Shown here one piece after another: positions 63,001-64,000 of a stretch of 64,000 nucleotides of DNA. The first letter of the stretch is position 1; each line of letters starts with the position of its first letter. Origin of the DNA: Lingula anatina (taxonomy: Eukaryota > Animalia > Brachiopoda); assembly GCA_051362555.1 (NCBI GenBank), contig CM120640.1, positions 36,785,967 through 36,849,966 on the forward strand, written 5' to 3'. The notes under the pieces were generated by a model. The model had not been told where the DNA came from and ran no database searches. It saw only the letters and a program-made list of their open reading frames with translations. Made by a program: the position numbers and the translations under genes.

Positions 63001-63776
63001 CTGATAAAAGAAAGTTTTGAAGTTTAACAACTTGTAATGTACAAAGTTTTTGGTTCAACAATTTTTTCTATGCTTTCATTTCATCCATTTATCTAATTAT
63101 TTATTTATTTTTGAAAAAAAAATTAATAATGACTTAAATTTTTTAGGACATCTAAATATATAAAACATACTTGATGTTGGGGAAAAGATCTGATACAATG
63201 CCGTTGAAGAGTTTCAAATCATCTTGCAGGAACTTGGGCACATTTACATCTCTGATGGCTCTGAGAGCAATCAACTCTTCATCCATCTTGGGATTCTGTC
63301 TCTTCAAGTTGCCGGCGGCAGATATCACACTCTTCACAGCACGCATACCAAAGTCATAGTGATCCTGAAACCAGACATATACAACTTAAATGAATACACA
63401 ATATATAAAGTTAAAACTTAAAATGGAGATGTCATTTATCTTGAATTATCATCTTGGTCTCTATTTTCATCAAAATGGTAACAATGTTTATATATATAAT
63501 TGATTAACTTTAAAAAAAATTCTGAAATCTTGTAACAAGTTTTGCAAAGGAACTGCTGTCAATCATACTGAATTCAAACCCAAAACCCAAAACACTACAA
63601 AAAATAAAATAAAATAAACCACTTACCTGTGCACTAAGCTGTTCAGATGACAACTTGAAAGTTGTTGTGATTTTCTTGGAGAGGATCTTGGCATCAGAGA
63701 AACCAAAGGAGAACAAACTGATTTCTGCAATCAGGGCATAATCTGGCACCATCATAGCCACAGGACGGAACAGAGC
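38754..63776 (-). CDS. DNAH1: Dynein axonemal heavy chain 1 (inner-arm dynein), from the end of AAA1 to the C-terminus; 45 constitutive exons, 5' part outside the window
   Basis: Exons (high-low): 63776-63627, 63364-63171, 62896-62725, 62472-62318, 62065-61888, 61482-61288, 61083-60964, 59685-59527, 59226-59113, 58841-58701, 58353-58193, 57947-57616, 57391-57210, 56859-56626, 56293-56097, 55879-55744, 55427-55219, 54923-54752, 54428-54237, 54008-53889, 53368-53243, 52949-52800, 52527-52354, 52111-51833, 50655-50524, 50249-50004, 49629-49480, 49165-49005, 48660-48435, 48141-47946, 47683-47532, 47370-47171, 46892-46748, 46433-46275, 45723-45592, 45261-45088, 42945-42766, 42304-42128, 41879-41709, 41364-41234, 40794-40650, 40306-40211, 40072-39962, 39727-39493, 38875-38754. 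All are GT-AG and in phase; total 7683 nt. Walker A motifs GPTGSGKT (AAA2), GPTGTGKT (AAA3), GMGGSGRQ (AAA4); stalk/MTBD; [10 protein letters not shown] (AAA5); SLGQGQ (AAA6). [12 protein letters not shown] and the C-terminus [15 protein letters not shown] fit DNAH1 among paralogues. Confidence 0.93.
39085..39421. mobile_element. Kolobok-like non-autonomous DNA transposon in the last DNAH1 intron
   Basis: TTAA on both sides (39081-39084, 39422-39425); TIR agggataataactctt / aagagttattatccct; purine-purine termini plus TTAA TSD are the Kolobok signature. Confidence 0.8.
41123..41201. repeat. (CA)n microsatellite, about 39 units
   Basis: Direct reading; DNAH1 intron. Confidence 0.95.
44068..44079 (-). 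CDS. DNAH1: Candidate 12-nt alternative microexon of DNAH1 (KSQR)
   Basis: ttttgtctgttgcacatttttctag|AAATCACAACGA|gtaagta; lies in a phase-0 intron, in frame. Confidence 0.55.
45851..46066. mobile_element. Foldback/palindromic MITE remnant in a DNAH1 intron
   Basis: gatcgatccatctctgaagggtttctcgctagattgc pairs with gcaatttagcgagaatccccttggggatagattaatc; cttagatgtctggcatgccta pairs with taggcgtgacagatatctaag. Ends approximate. Confidence 0.6.
50890..51754. mobile_element. Mutator/MULE-like foldback non-autonomous transposon (865 bp) in a DNAH1 intron
   Basis: Perfect 9-bp TSD ggtctaagt (50881-50889, 51755-51763); imperfect TIRs of about 330 bp whose outer parts are tandem ggacaattcccccc units. 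Confidence 0.88.
59418..59512. repeat. Compound (CA)n/(CACG)n microsatellite
   Basis: Direct reading; starts about 14 nt into the intron after DNAH1 exon 59685-59527. Confidence 0.95.
60008..60091. repeat. (GT)n microsatellite, about 42 units
   Basis: Direct reading; DNAH1 intron. Confidence 0.95.
60377..60403 (-). CDS. DNAH1: Candidate 27-nt alternative microexon of DNAH1 (HRVPGKYQR)
   Basis: ...tttattttaaatag|CACAGGGTACCAGGGAAGTATCAACGG|gtaagaa; phase 0, no stop. Confidence 0.5.
60630..60662 (-). CDS. DNAH1: Candidate 33-nt alternative microexon of DNAH1 ([11 protein letters not shown])
   Basis: Long pyrimidine tract with cctaac branch site, ...tctgtgcatccag|CATTTAATATTGGGTGATGAGGAAGAAGAAGTA|gtaagtg; phase 0, no stop. 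Confidence 0.7.
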
Positions 63777-64000
63777 CTGGAATACAAGGGTGTGTCTTTT
63801 TACTGGCCACAGTCTTATTGTTGTTTTTTCTTTTATCTACTTGCTTTTGAAACACCTACTTAAAACATGTCTTGTAGCAAAACACTAGAAAAAAAAATGC
63901 TTATACATGGATCCCTCTTCTATTTATTTATTTTTTTTTTGGTGGGTCAGTTATACTTTACTGACACTCCCAGATTCTATAGCCTGGCTGATGTCTTGAT

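Noticed and set aside
38630-63421. Plus-strand and off-frame ORFs within DNAH1, including poly-HT and poly-CV ORFs
   Set aside because: Shadows of dynein exons or translations of microsatellites.
1-64000. tRNA, rRNA, snRNA genes and intact transposase or reverse transcriptase ORFs
   Set aside because: None recognised by eye; a covariance-model scan (tRNAscan-SE, Infernal/Rfam) would be needed to exclude small RNAs.

Overview
AT-rich, intron-rich animal (invertebrate) genomic DNA with three recognisable protein-coding genes. (1) The last four coding exons of a ZNF608/ZNF609/scribbler (brakeless) homologue on + (767-6506). (2) A complete four-exon Wnt ligand, most likely WntA, on + (15726-27774, 358 aa). 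(3) The last 45 constitutive exons of the axonemal inner-arm dynein heavy chain DNAH1 on - (63776 down to 38754, about 2560 codons; its 5' part lies outside the window). I assembled all exons by hand from GT-AG boundaries and phase continuity. The introns and intergenic spacers carry short non-autonomous DNA transposons (Mutator-like foldback with 9-bp TSD, Kolobok-like with TTAA TSD, CAGGGGCGGAT-ended, GGGCC-ended), a 34-bp G-rich minisatellite and microsatellites. The best signal missed by the ORF track is a set of hidden cassette exons in DNAH1 introns. Three are frame-preserving, stop-free microexons (33, 27 and 12 nt) with GTAAG donors and upstream pyrimidine/UGC-containing acceptor regions resembling eMIC/SRRM-regulated neural microexons, and one is a stop-carrying (poison) exon with similar architecture. 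I also found an in-frame 57-nt cassette exon candidate in WntA and an unrecognised three-exon Cys-rich gene with a single in-frame stop, lying head-to-head with WntA. All of these are sequence-based predictions that need RNA-seq confirmation.
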